DNA of 64,000 bases, taken from positions 23,312,001-23,376,000 of the forward strand of contig NC_043014.1 in assembly GCF_006345805.1 (NCBI RefSeq), written 5' to 3'. The translations under genes were made by a program, and so were the position numbers. Within the stretch, counting starts at the first letter, position 1; every line of letters begins with the position of its first letter. Positions 38,101-49,904 of the stretch are shown here, piece after piece. Below the pieces are notes generated by a model that was not told the origin of the DNA, searched no databases, and saw only the letters and a list, made by a program, of their open reading frames with translations. Origin of the DNA: Octopus sinensis (lineage: Eukaryota).

Positions 38101-38310
38101 GGTTTCACCAGACCTCTGACATTCAGCAGAAGCACTGGTGAGATATTTGGGGTGTCAATAAAGGCTGTCGGTGTGGCACCTGGGCTGGTGTCAGCAGTGG
38201 CCACCCTGGGTCCCTTGATTGTGGTGGTCTTGAGTGCTGTTGTGAGTGCCCCTGGCTCTGAAGACGATGTATCCAGGCCAGTTGTCCCACAATTTTCTCT
38301 GCTATATATA
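35108..38310 (-). mobile_element. CR1-group LINE with near-intact ORF2 (APE + RT)
   Basis: About 890 codons open from LLLNVRGL: ETH, YRPP, GDFNLP, LDL, SDH (APE); YLDFAKAFD, GVPQGTVLGP, YADD (RT). One frameshift near 35495. Confidence 0.95.
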
Positions 38311-38513
38311 TAATTTTCTCTGTATATATATATATATATATATAATATACATGTATATATATATATATACATGTATATATATATATATATTATATATATA
38401 TATATTTATATATATATATATACATGTATATATATATATATACATATATATATATTTATATATATATATATTTATATATATATATATACATGTATATATA
38501 TATATATTACATG

Positions 38514-38547
<34 letters not shown>

Positions 38548-38642
38548 ACATGTATATATATGTATATATATATACATACATATATATATATATCTATACA
38601 TATATATATGTGTATATATACATATATATGTATATATACATA

Positions 38643-38674
<32 letters not shown>

Positions 38675-38757
38675 CATATATATGTATATATACATATATA
38701 TGTATATATACATATATATGTATATATACATATATATGTATATATACATATATATGT

Positions 38758-38792
<35 letters not shown>

Positions 38793-38811
38793 TATATATA
38801 CATATATATAT
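38311..38811. repeat. About 500-bp TA-rich array with a 16-bp higher-order unit (TATATACATATATATG)
   Basis: Seen directly. Confidence 0.9.
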
Positions 38812-39200
38812 CATCATCATCATCATTTAACGTCCTCCTTCCATGCTAGCATGGGTTGGACGGTTCAACTGGGGTCTGGGGAGCCCGAAGGCTGCACCAG
38901 GCCAGTCAGATCCGGCAGTGTTTCTACAGCTGGATGCCCTTCCTAACGCCAACCACTCCGAGAGTGTAGTGGGTGATTTTATGTGCCACCGACACAGGTG
39001 CCAGACGAGGCTGGCAGACGGCCACACTCGGATGGTGTTTTTATGTGCCACCGACACAGGTGCCAGATGAGGCTGGCGAACGACCACGATCGGATGGTGT
39101 TTGCTACATGCCCACAGCACGGAGGCCAGTCGATGCGGTACTGGCTACGGCCACGTTCGGATGGTTTTCTTGTGTGCCACTGGCACTGGTACCACAAAGA
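38812..39200 (-). mobile_element. RTE 3' UTR/tail fragment
   Basis: (CAT)n, tail motif, and four TGCCACC-containing repeat units. Confidence 0.8.
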
Positions 39201-39271
39201 TACAAATTCCATTGATGTTCATCTATTTTGATTTGTTTTGATTTTTTTTACACACACACACACACACACAC

Positions 39272-39314
<43 letters not shown>

Positions 39315-39318
<4 letters not shown>

Positions 39319-41574
39319 TAAAAAATGGAGTTAACGCAGGTTTAAACAAGTATTTTTACTTTCTACATATGTTTCAAAAATTCCACTGATACTATTCAAA
39401 AGAATAAAAGGTATAAACAATGCAATCTTCTCTTCGGGAAAGTGAAAAAACGAAACTCGTCAATACAACATTTTAGCAAAGAATGATGGATTCATATAGC
39501 GATAGACAGAACGCTAGTAATATTGTTTAAAAAAACGTTATATGATATAACATCATAAGTAGCTAACAGAAAGAGTAGGGATATTAATAGTGAATGTTAA
39601 ATATAAAGGAAATTAAAGTTTAAACTATATATAATGATAGAGACTACTTACATGCACTAAAAGTATGTTTCTGCCAATGCTTACATCTGTATGCTCCTTC
39701 TATAACCGTGTTTACTAGAGTATTTTAGAGTATTTCATTGAGGCTATGAAAATCATGGAGAAATATAACCTACAAATGAAGACAGAACCACTTGTTCCTA
39801 AGCAACTTAGGTTCATTTTGAAGGATCACAAACAAAATTTTTTTACTAACCCATCATTAAGGCTTATCTGCCCTTCTAGCTCTGACATCGGTATCCTTAG
39901 TAAAAATATACTAGATAAATATATTCCTAATTTAATCAAAACATTAAAACTTAGTTTATGGACTAATTCATTTGATGTAGTTGACTGGTTTAGGTCTATT
40001 AACAGTAAGGTGAGTACAAAGTTTATCCAGTTTGATATTTCCAATTTTTATTCGTCTTTTAATCCAATAGTACTTAATAAGGCACTTTGGCTTGCTCATA
40101 ACAAAGCTGGTCTCACCCGAGAAGAAATTAATGTTGTGCTGGCAGCCAGAAGATCTATTATTAAATTTGATGATAAGTTGTGGGTCCGTAAAGACACACC
40201 AGATAGTTTCGATATACCAATGGGAAGTTCTGATTCAGCACAGATAGCTGATTTGGTTTGTATATATATATATTCTTTTTGAAATGGCTGAAGAGTTCCC
40301 TAACATTTATGGAGGTCTATATCGTGATGATTGTTTACTTTACCTCCAAAATGTTTCCAATCAAAAGGTACAAAAAGTTAAGAATAGTTTAGTTAATTTT
40401 TTCAGTAGAATGGGCTTAAAAATCGTTTTTGATGACGATCTGACGAAGGCCAACTTTTTAGATATTACGCTTAATTTACACAGTGACTCTTACTTCCCAT
40501 GTCATAAACCGTTGACCAATCTTAAGTACATTAGCAAATTTAGTAATCATCCTGGAGCAATTACTAAGAATTTAGTTAAGAATATTTCATTTAGATTATC
40601 TACATTATCTGCTAATGTTGATATTTTCAATAATAACGCTGAATTCTATAACTCTGCCTTAATCAAAGCAGGTTATACAGAAAAAATTTTCTACATTGAT
40701 TCTGCTCAGTCTAATTGTAAATTCAATAATGTAGATAAGATTTCTAGTCGTAACAAACATAACTTACGCACCAATACAAAGCGAATGAAGGCAGATAACC
40801 CTTATTTATTCCCCTATTACCGATCTAAAAGTAAATATAACACCTTCAAAAGTAATTACGCTATGAATACTAGTAAAAATATTTGGTTAATAATTCCTTA
40901 CGGGAGACAAATTAAATCTAATCTCCCACTGCTGTTTCGTCAAGCTATTGCTAGGAATTTTCCAAACAATTCTAGATATTACTCTATAATTAATTCACAT
41001 AAGGTTAGGATAGGTTTTTCAAACACAAAAAATCTCTTGCAAATTATATCTTCTCATTATAACAAACTGTTAAATATTAATACATTTACTAATACTAACA
41101 TTAATTTAGCTAATACCATCCAACCCTCTAGAAATATTAATAACAAGGTTATTGTATCTGAAGTCAATTCCAATAGAATTAAGTTTATGTCAAGTAACTC
41201 TAAGATTAAAAATTCTATATACCAGTGTATAATCAGTACTCATAATAAAGTACAATTTTACATTGGAAGCAAACGGAATAGTACCGGTCTCAGCAAACTG
41301 ATTTGGGATTTAAAAGACCACAATGAACAATTTCATTTAGAATGGTTGATCCTCTCAATTTCGATACCATATGACAAAGGCAAGAAATTCTGTCTTCTCT
41401 GCAATTCTGAGCTATTTTTCATTATTTTTTCTAAAAATACTCTAGTAAACACGGTTATAGAACGAGCATACAGATGTAAGCATTGGCAAAAACATACATT
41501 TAGTGCATATAAGTAGTCTCTATCATTATATATAGTTTAAACTTTAATTTCCTTTATATTTAACATTCACTATT
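39315..41574 (+). mobile_element. Naiad-type Penelope-like element with inverted 5' pseudo-LTR
   Basis: RLICP..DIGILSK, FIQFDISNFY, FDIPMGS.DSA, GLYRDD, SNHP, YIG, LSKLIWDLK, CLLCNSE. Frameshift in (AT)n at about 40262-40272. 39586-39728 is the reverse complement of 41431-41574. Confidence 0.85.
39358..39443 (-). ncRNA. Type I hammerhead ribozyme, core variant, in the Penelope pseudo-LTR
   Basis: Minus strand: ACTTTC-CCGAAGA-long stem II-GAAAC-ATAT-GTA-GAAAGT. Confidence 0.7.
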
Positions 41575-42769
41575 TTCGAGCGTTAGGCCTCATGGAGGCA
41601 AAGCGGCTGAGTTCCTTTCAAGCGGGGAGGGGGGTCTCACAGAGGTAAAGTGACTGAGTTCCTTTCGAGCGATGGACCTCACAAAGGCAAAGTGGTGAGG
41701 CAATAGAAGTGGAATGTCAAGGTTTTGTGGGGCATTGGTTCACGAAAGTTCTAGCTAGGCTTGAAGTTAATGGGGCAGCAGAGAATAGATTCCTCCACTG
41801 AAGTTGGGGAGAAGGCCACTAAGTGGCTTTTGATAAAGAGGATAGATTAGTGGTTTACTGCTTCTGAGATGCAAGCTAGGACTTGATCAATCTCCTCAGC
41901 TGGGTCAACTGGACAAGGGGTCTGATATCAAAAGACTCAAAATACTCTGAGACCCAGAAACATTACTGACAATAAGAGGTATCTTAAAACTATGGTAAAG
42001 TGAAATTCGCAAACAGGCAATCCTAAGGCTGCTTTAAAACCTGGAAGGGGAATTGTTCACAAATTGTTTTTATTATCTGACTTCACAATTTCATTCTGGT
42101 AACTTAAAATATTTAATTTCCAAAAAGTAAGTATTAGGTGGGGGGAAATCAAGTGGCGGAAGGTGGATAATAAAGAAGAAAAGAAGTGAAAACACCAAAA
42201 TGCTTGCGGGAAGGAAGCAGAAATAAATCAAAACTATATACTGAAAAATGTCTACTGGGATAACAAATTCCATTTCTTTGTATGTACCAAGTTCCACCGA
42301 GTTCTTTGATTAATTATAGGAGACATATTCCTTGTTTTTATCTTTTGTGAAAGTGGAGGTTATTTTGTGGTGAACGAGAATGGCTTGATGTGAATTATTT
42401 CTACCTTATCACACAGAAGCAGACAACATTTAGATCATCATCATCTAACTTAATTAATTACACCATTTTTCTAGAAGAGTACATCTCATGCTGTTGTTTA
42501 GTTTGAGTTCATAATATTATTTTAATGAACCATTTCAGCTCCTACTTACAATAGAATATTGTAAGCATTTTGTGCTACAAAATATTTCTCTTATAAAATT
42601 GCAAACTTGCTCTACCAAACTGATTTGTCCTGACCAGCCACATATTATTTTTCTGTTTTCATATTTTCCCTTTTTATTTTAGTGGGAGGTGTTACAAGGG
42701 TGGAGAATATAGTCAACAGAAAATCCCAGTTTCTGATTGGTTACAAAATTTTTTTTTTTTTTATTTCAC

Positions 42770-43635
42770 TGTGGCCATGCTGGGGCACCACCTTAAAGAA
42801 ACTTTAGCCAAATGAATCAACCCCAGTATTTATGTCTTTTTTTTAAAGCCTGGTACTTATTCTATTGGTCTCTTTTGCCAAACTGCTAAGTTACAGGGAC
42901 ATAAACACACTAACATTAGTTGTCAAGTGGTGGGGGAGGGGACAAACACACACACACATATATATAATGGGCTTTTTTTGGTTTTGATTGACCTGGAGCT
43001 ATAGTAGAAGATACTTGCACAAGGTGCCACGCAGTGGAACTGAACCTGGAACCACATGGTTGGGAAGCAAGCTTCTTACCACGCAGCCACATCTGCACCT
43101 ATATTGAATAAATTTCGAGGGCCTTGTATTTAAAATACTGTAATGGTTCTGTTTTCTCCATCTATGTGTCTATGATTATCATTGTACATTCACTTTCCCA
43201 TAGTAGCAGATTTGGATGGGTTGTTAATATCTGAGTTAATGCTTGTTCAAAATTACTGTTCCCCACTACCTTCTTCAGGTCTTTTATTTTTCACTGTTTT
43301 AGTCATCAGACTGCCACCATGCTGGGGACTTGAAGAACTTTTGGCCAAATGAATCAACTCCAGTACTTATTTTTTTGAAGCCTGGTACTTATTCTGTCGG
43401 CTTCTTTTGCTGAATTGCTAAGTTATACGGATGTAAACATATCAGCACTAGTTGTCAAGCAGTGGTGAGCGGAACAGATGCAAACATACACACTAACACA
43501 CATACAACAGGCTCCTGTTAGTTTCCATCTACCAAATCCACTCACAAGGCTCTGGTTGGCCCTAGGCTATAGTAGAAGACACTTGCCCAAAGTGCCACAC
43601 AGTGGTACTGAATCCAGGATCATATGGTTGGGAAG
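42770..43635 (-). mobile_element. Two SINE family A copies (about 42770-43097 and 43300-43635)
   Basis: Head and tail motifs as in the other family A copies. Confidence 0.8.
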
Positions 43636-44369
43636 CAGGCTTTTTATCACTTAAAACTTTATAGTTTCTATTGTTGGATATTCTTCCTATCTCCAATCAC
43701 TTTAGCAATTTTTCTCTGTGTGTGTGGGTGTATACAGACATGTGTGTGTGGGTGTATATATGAGACTGTTTTCTAGTTACATATTTTATTCCTCTGGTTT
43801 TTGCATATTGAACAACCAAGCTGCAGAGACACGATGTCTATGTGTCATCACAATCCAAAGAAAAGTCATCACAATCCAAACTATGTCAATGCAAATATAT
43901 GTGAAGTTAATCACATGGACAGACATACACATACACACATGCACGTGCACACAAACCATCATCATCATCATTTAATGTCCATCTTCTAAGCTGGCATGTA
44001 TCAAGCAATTCAATGGATTCTGTTGAGTTGGAGGACTGCATTGAGCTCCATTGTCTGCTTTTGCATAGTTTCTATGGCTGGATGCCCTTCCTAATATGCC
44101 AACCACTTTACAGTGTGCTTTTTTCATGACACTGTCACTACTGAAATATGAATGTATTTTTTAAACAAATACATAAACGTATAGTGTGTGTGTGTATACA
44201 CGTGTATGTATGATAGGAACATTCTTGGCTGTTTAAGAAGTTTACTTCTCATAACCACAAGGTTTCAGGTTCACTCCCATTGCAGGGCATCTTAGGCAAA
44301 TGTCTTCTATATCCCCCAAAGCTTTGAGAATAGATTGTGGATGGAAAGTAAAAGAAGCTTGTCATTTAT

Positions 44370-45140
44370 ATATCAATCACCATTTAGTGTCTGCTTTCCA
44401 TGCTGGCATGGGTTAGATGGTTTGACTGGAACCTGTATGCTGGAGAGCTGTACCAGATTTCAGTCTGATTTTGGATTGTTTTTTAAGGCTGGATGCCCTT
44501 CCTAATGTCAACCACTCCAGTGGATACCTTTTAGGTCACTGGCATGGGTGCTGTTACCTATCATCAGCATGGGTATATTATGTGTCACTGGCATAAGCCA
44601 CAACTACGATTTCACCTGGCTTAACAAGTCTTCTCAAGCGCAGCAAATTGCCAAAGATCTCAATCACTTCATCATACACCACTTTGTCTCATGTCTTCCT
44701 GGATCTATCCCTTGCACAGGTTCTCTCCACAGTTAGAGATCAGCACTTCTTTATACAGCTGTCCTTGTCTATACACATCACATGACCACATCAGCACAGC
44801 CATCTCTCTTGCACACCACATCTGATGCCTCTTATGCCCAATTTTTCTCTCAAGATGCTTACACTTTGTCATACGTGCACACTGACATTGCACATCCAGT
44901 AAAGTATACAAGCTTAATTTCTTACAAGCCTACGCATGTCTTCGGTGGTCACAGCCCATGTTTCTCTGCTGTGTAGCATGGCTATTCGCACACAGGCATC
45001 ATACAATCTGCCTTCCACTTTGAGAGAGAGGCGCTTTGTTACTAACAAAGGTAGAAGCTCTATGAACTTTGCCCAACCTCCACTACTGACTTGGTCATCT
45101 AGATAACGAAAGCTATCAACTACTTCTAGGTTCCCTCTGG
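44370..45140 (-). mobile_element. RTE LINE 3' fragment, degraded
   Basis: Similar to 45900-46450, plus the RTE tail. Confidence 0.8.
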
Positions 45141-45439
45141 CATTTGATGTACATTTTTTAGTATTTATTGTGCCTATACATCTGCCACATACAAATACCT
45201 TCCTCTGATATTACTGCACCTTTTATGCATGTGTGTGTGTATGTGAAAAGTTGCACTGAAAGACAACAATGGAACACATGGAAAACAAGAAAAAACACAA
45301 GACATGTTCATCCCTCATTGACCAAAAAGAATCCTCACAATTGTGTGTGTGTGTGCATGTGTAAGAGAGAGAGGAGGAGAGAAAGAGAGAGAGTAAGTTT
45401 GTGTGTATTTGTGTCTCCTTGTCTTGACATTGTGTGATT

Positions 45440-48400
45440 GTTGTAAATGATTGTCACCTGCACTGGTGCCAGGCGAGGCTGGCATCGGCCACGGTCAGAT
45501 TGGTGCATTTTATGTGCCACCTGCACGGAAGCCAGTTGAGGCGGCACTGGCTTCGGCCACGATTCGGATGGTGCTTTTTACGTGCCACCGACACAGAAGC
45601 CAGTCGAGGCTGCGCTGGCATCGGCCACGATTCGGATAGTGCTTTTTACGTATCTCCAGTCCAGGGGTCCTGGCATCTGCCGGGTGCCAGTCATAGGATT
45701 GGTTCAATTTCGATTCCGATTTCACTTGCCTCAACAGGTCTTCGCAAGCAAAGGGAGGTAGGCATAGGTGCCTGTCGTCGGATGAGGTTCGATATCGACT
45801 TCGCTTGCCTCAACAGGTCTTTGTGTGTCCAAGGGAGGAAAGGCATGCATAAGTGGGCTGGACTCACTTGTCCTGCCTGGTCTTTTCACGCACAGCATAT
45901 TTCCAAAGGTCTCGGTCGCTGGTCATTTCCTCAGTGAGACCTAAAGTTCGAAGGTCGTGCTTCACCACCTCGTCCCAAGTTTTCCTGGGTCTACCTCTTC
46001 CATGGGTTCCCTCCACTGTTAGGGATTGGCACTTTTTCACACACCTATCTTCATCCATTCTCGCCACATGACCATACCAGCGCAATCGTCTCTCTTGCAC
46101 ACCACAACTGATGCTCCTTAGGTCCAACATTTCTCTCAGGGTACTAACGCTCTGTCGAGCATGCACACTGACATTACACATCCATCGGAGCATACTGGCT
46201 TCATTCCTCACGAGCTTACGCATGTCCTCAGCAGTCACGGCCCATGTTTCACTGCCATGTAGCATGGCTGTTCGTACACATGCATCATACAGTCTGCCTT
46301 TTACTCTGAGCGAGAAGCCTTTTGTCACCAACAGAGGTAAGAGCTCCCTAAACTTTGCCCAGGCTATTCTTACTCTAGCTGTTACACTTTTAGCACACCC
46401 ACCCCCACTACTGACTTGGTCACCAAGATAACGGAAGCTATCAACTACTTCTAGTTTTTCCCCCTGGAAAGTGACGGAAGTTGTTTTCTGCAGATTTTCA
46501 GAGGTTAATGCTCCCGAGCATCTGCCACATACAAAAACCATCTTCCTAGTTAGCCTTCCTATGACATTGCTGCACCTCTTATGTGTCCATAGCTTACACT
46601 TGGTGCATCTTATAGAGTTTCTACCTACACCTTTTCTACAGATCAAGCAGAGCCATCTACCTGAAGGCGTTTGTGATTTGTCTACCTTCCTACTTATTAC
46701 GACTTTGGTTTTAGCTAGATTGATTCTAAGGCCCTTCGATTCTAAACCTTGCTTCCACACCTGAAACTTCTTCTCCAGTTCTGATAGTGACTCAGCAATT
46801 AGAGCAAGGTCATCAGCATAGAGGAGCTCCCAGGGGCATCCTGTCTTGAATTTCTCCGTTATTGCCTGGAGGACTATGATAAATAGGAGGGGGCTGAGGA
46901 CTGAGCCTTGGTGGACCCCTACCTCTACCCGGAATTCTTCACTGTACTCGTTGCCAACCCTCACCTTACTAGCAGCGTCCCTGTACATGGCTTGCACAGC
47001 TCTCACTAACCATTCATCTATTCCTAGTTTCCTCATTGACCACCAGATGAGGGATCGGCGGACCCTGTCAAAGGCTTTCTCCATGTCAACAAAAGCCAGG
47101 TACAGGGGCTTATCTTTGGCTAGGTATTTCTCCTGCAGCTGCCTTACCAGGAATATAGCATCAGTGGTACTTTTCCCTGGCATCTCATCTAAACTAACTC
47201 TCTCTCTAATTAGTTGGCTTATGACCCTCTCTGTAACCTTCATCACCTGATCCAACAGCTTGATACCTCTGTAATTATTTGTATCTAGGTCATCACCTTT
47301 ACCTTTGTAGCAGTTGACTATTAAGCTGCTACACCAGTCATTGGGTATGACTCCTTCATGTATCACCTGATTAACTATACGGGTGACTAGGCTATAGCCG
47401 ACACTACCAGATATTTTGAGCATCTCTGCAGTGATACCTGATGGGCCTGGGGCTTTCCCTGTCTTCATGCTTCTAATTGCCTTAGCTACCAAGGAACTAT
47501 CAACCCTGATAGCTGGTCCCTCTGTTGGGTCAATGTTCGGCAGACTCTCTTTATCCCATTCATTTTCTTTATTCAGCAAACTTTCATAGTGGCGTCTTCA
47601 AGCCTCTCTCTTTGCATCCTCGTTTAGCGCAAGTGAACCATCTTCCATGCGAACACACTTCTCTCCTACCACATCACAATTCTCTCTCACACACTGTCTT
47701 GCAACGCGAAACACCTCCAGTCTTTGGTCCTCACGGCGCAGAACATAGGCAAATTTTTTCTTATCTGCTTCCCCTCTGGCTAGATAGACCTGTCTCCTAG
47801 CTTCCCTTTTAGCAGTCTGATACAATTCCCTGCTACCACCATTCTTCCAGTGCTTCCAAGTCTGTCTCTTTTCTCTAATAGCCCTGTCTACAACACTGTT
47901 CCACCACCACGTTACCTTGGGATGAGAAGGGACTTTGCACCAGCCACAGATCTGGTCAGTGGCTCTATCTGTGACGATTTCATCTCAATCGAAGGAGAGG
48001 GGCTTTCTCCGTCTGGGTTGCGGATCCGTGGAATAAGTTGCCCTCTACCCCATGTGATACTCTATCCCCTTCTACTTCGTCAAAGGCTTCAAGTAGCATG
48101 TCTCTAAATCTCTATCCATTCGCAGGATCTTTAAGCTTCCAGATCCTTCTTCTCCATGTTGGTCGTCTTCTGGTTGTCCTCCTAGTCCTGATTCTAAAGT
48201 CACTAACTACCAGTCTATGTTGTGGGGTACATTCTTCGCCTGGAAAGGTTTTGGCATTTATAAGTAGCTATCTCTCCCTTTGCCTGGCAAGGATGTAGTC
48301 AATCTGGCTGGTATGTTGGCCCGATCGGTAGGTGACTAGGTGGCTGGTAGGTTTCCTGAAGTTAGTGTTGCAAATCATAAGATTATTTGCATCGCAGAAC

Positions 48401-49540
48401 TCCAGCAGCCTGGTTCCCTCCTCGTTGCGGGAACCAAAGCCATAGCCTCCATGTACGCCATGGAAGCCCCCAGCATGTCGTCCAACGTGACCATTGACGT
48501 CACCAGCCACAAAGAGAAGGTCTCTGTCGTTCGTGAACGAGGTAGTCTGCAGTAGAGTGTCATAGAATCGGTCTTTCTGTCCATCAGGTAGCCCCGACTG
48601 AGGAGCATAGGCTGATGTAATGGTTGCTAAACTATGGTGAAGCGCAAATCTAATCTTAAGTATTCTGTCACATACTCTGATTACCTCAATTACTTTATCT
48701 ACCCATTTCTCAGCGATAAGTATACCCACGCCACCAACCCCATCAGTGTTCCTTGCCTGTGAGGAACCTAGCAGAACCTCCTCTCCACCTTACTTCTTGC
48801 ATGCAACATATATCCACACATCTCCGTTCAAGCATCTCAACTATCTCGCCAGACCTACCTTTCAGTGTGCCAACCCTGAGGGTGTGGGAGGTATGGGCCC
48901 TAGAAACCCTGCGTCGGTGGACAGTAGCTTCATGTACCTGAAAAGAAAGCTCGCATTTGGCAGAATTCATGAGCAAGTAATACAGTAGCCTTCAATTCAA
49001 CCTGCATAACACTACCCATTCATATTTTGCACTGTATGATCATTACCTTACATAGGTCGAAACTAGGGGTAGGGATGGTGAAAGAGCATTTGCAGTCTTC
49101 AAGGGAAGCAACCCAGAGATGGAAAAGAATAGGAACTTCCGGCATGTCTGGAGGGGGTGGGTGGGCGGGTCAACCTGAAACTAGCAAGATGATTCTGTTA
49201 ATCGTGAGAGCAAGAAAGTAGGTTTGAAAAATATCTGAGAAAGTCAAATTTATGGGGAAACGATAAGTGGCTATGAAACGGGAGCAAATAGGGAGACAAG
49301 ACTAAACGAAAAACATTACATGAATGGTATGTTGAGAACTGAAAGAAAATATGAAGAGAGGGTACTGAAAGGATAATATGAGAGAAAAATTGAAGAATAA
49401 TGAAAGAATAGTGATTATACGTGCAAAGGGTAGGAGAAAGCGAGGTTGAAAGAAATCTTAGCTTTAGCCGTTCATGAGCTGTGCGTTCGTAGTGGAGTTG
49501 AAAGCGAGTGGGGTTACCGATTTGCGATCGCTAGTTTATA
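45440..49540 (-). mobile_element. Near full-length RTE LINE (5' UTR, APE, RT, 3' UTR), disrupted
   Basis: APE: CMQEVRW, SAYAPQ, AGDVNGHVG, QIDYIL. RT: GKAPGPSG, FVDMEKAFD, QGSVLSP, YADD, FRYLG. Several deletions and stops; the 5' boundary is uncertain. Confidence 0.9.
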
Positions 49541-49904
49541 TACTTGTCTTAATTTTTAATTTCCATGTATACTGGTGATATACACTATTCAGTTCTTTAT
49601 TCAATCTAGGCTTGCATTTTAATGTTATATTGTCCCATCAACTAACAGATTCCTGTAGTTTTGAAAAGTAATACTGCTCTGCGACTCAGCTTTAAATGTT
49701 TGTTTGATGAGTTACTAAATAATTATAAATGTATTATTTTCATTCTTTTGCAAAGCTTTAAATTTATCAAAATATGGTTGTCAGATGATTGGTCATGTGA
49801 ACTTCTGAGTAACATAGTTTGTGAAATTTTTTCAGCTTTGATAAAACAATATATACTTATGTATCTACATGTGTGTGTGTGTGTGTGTGTGTGTAATTAT
49901 CTAT

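Noticed and set aside
36097-38313. Plus-strand ORFs opposite the CR1 ORF2, and similar antisense ORFs over the RTE copies and the Helitron
   Set aside because: They are shadow frames of transposon coding sequence with no recognisable domains.
34370-38946. Many 90-190-aa ORFs rich in Y/I/H/T, including the first ~45 aa of the 986-aa ORF
   Set aside because: They are translations of (TA)n/(CA)n microsatellites; the same applies to the ORFs near 15900, 32146 and 52230.
39746-41516. Selenocysteine recoding, reported for some Naiad elements
   Set aside because: The ORF break is a frameshift in an (AT)n run, not an in-frame TGA at a Cys position.
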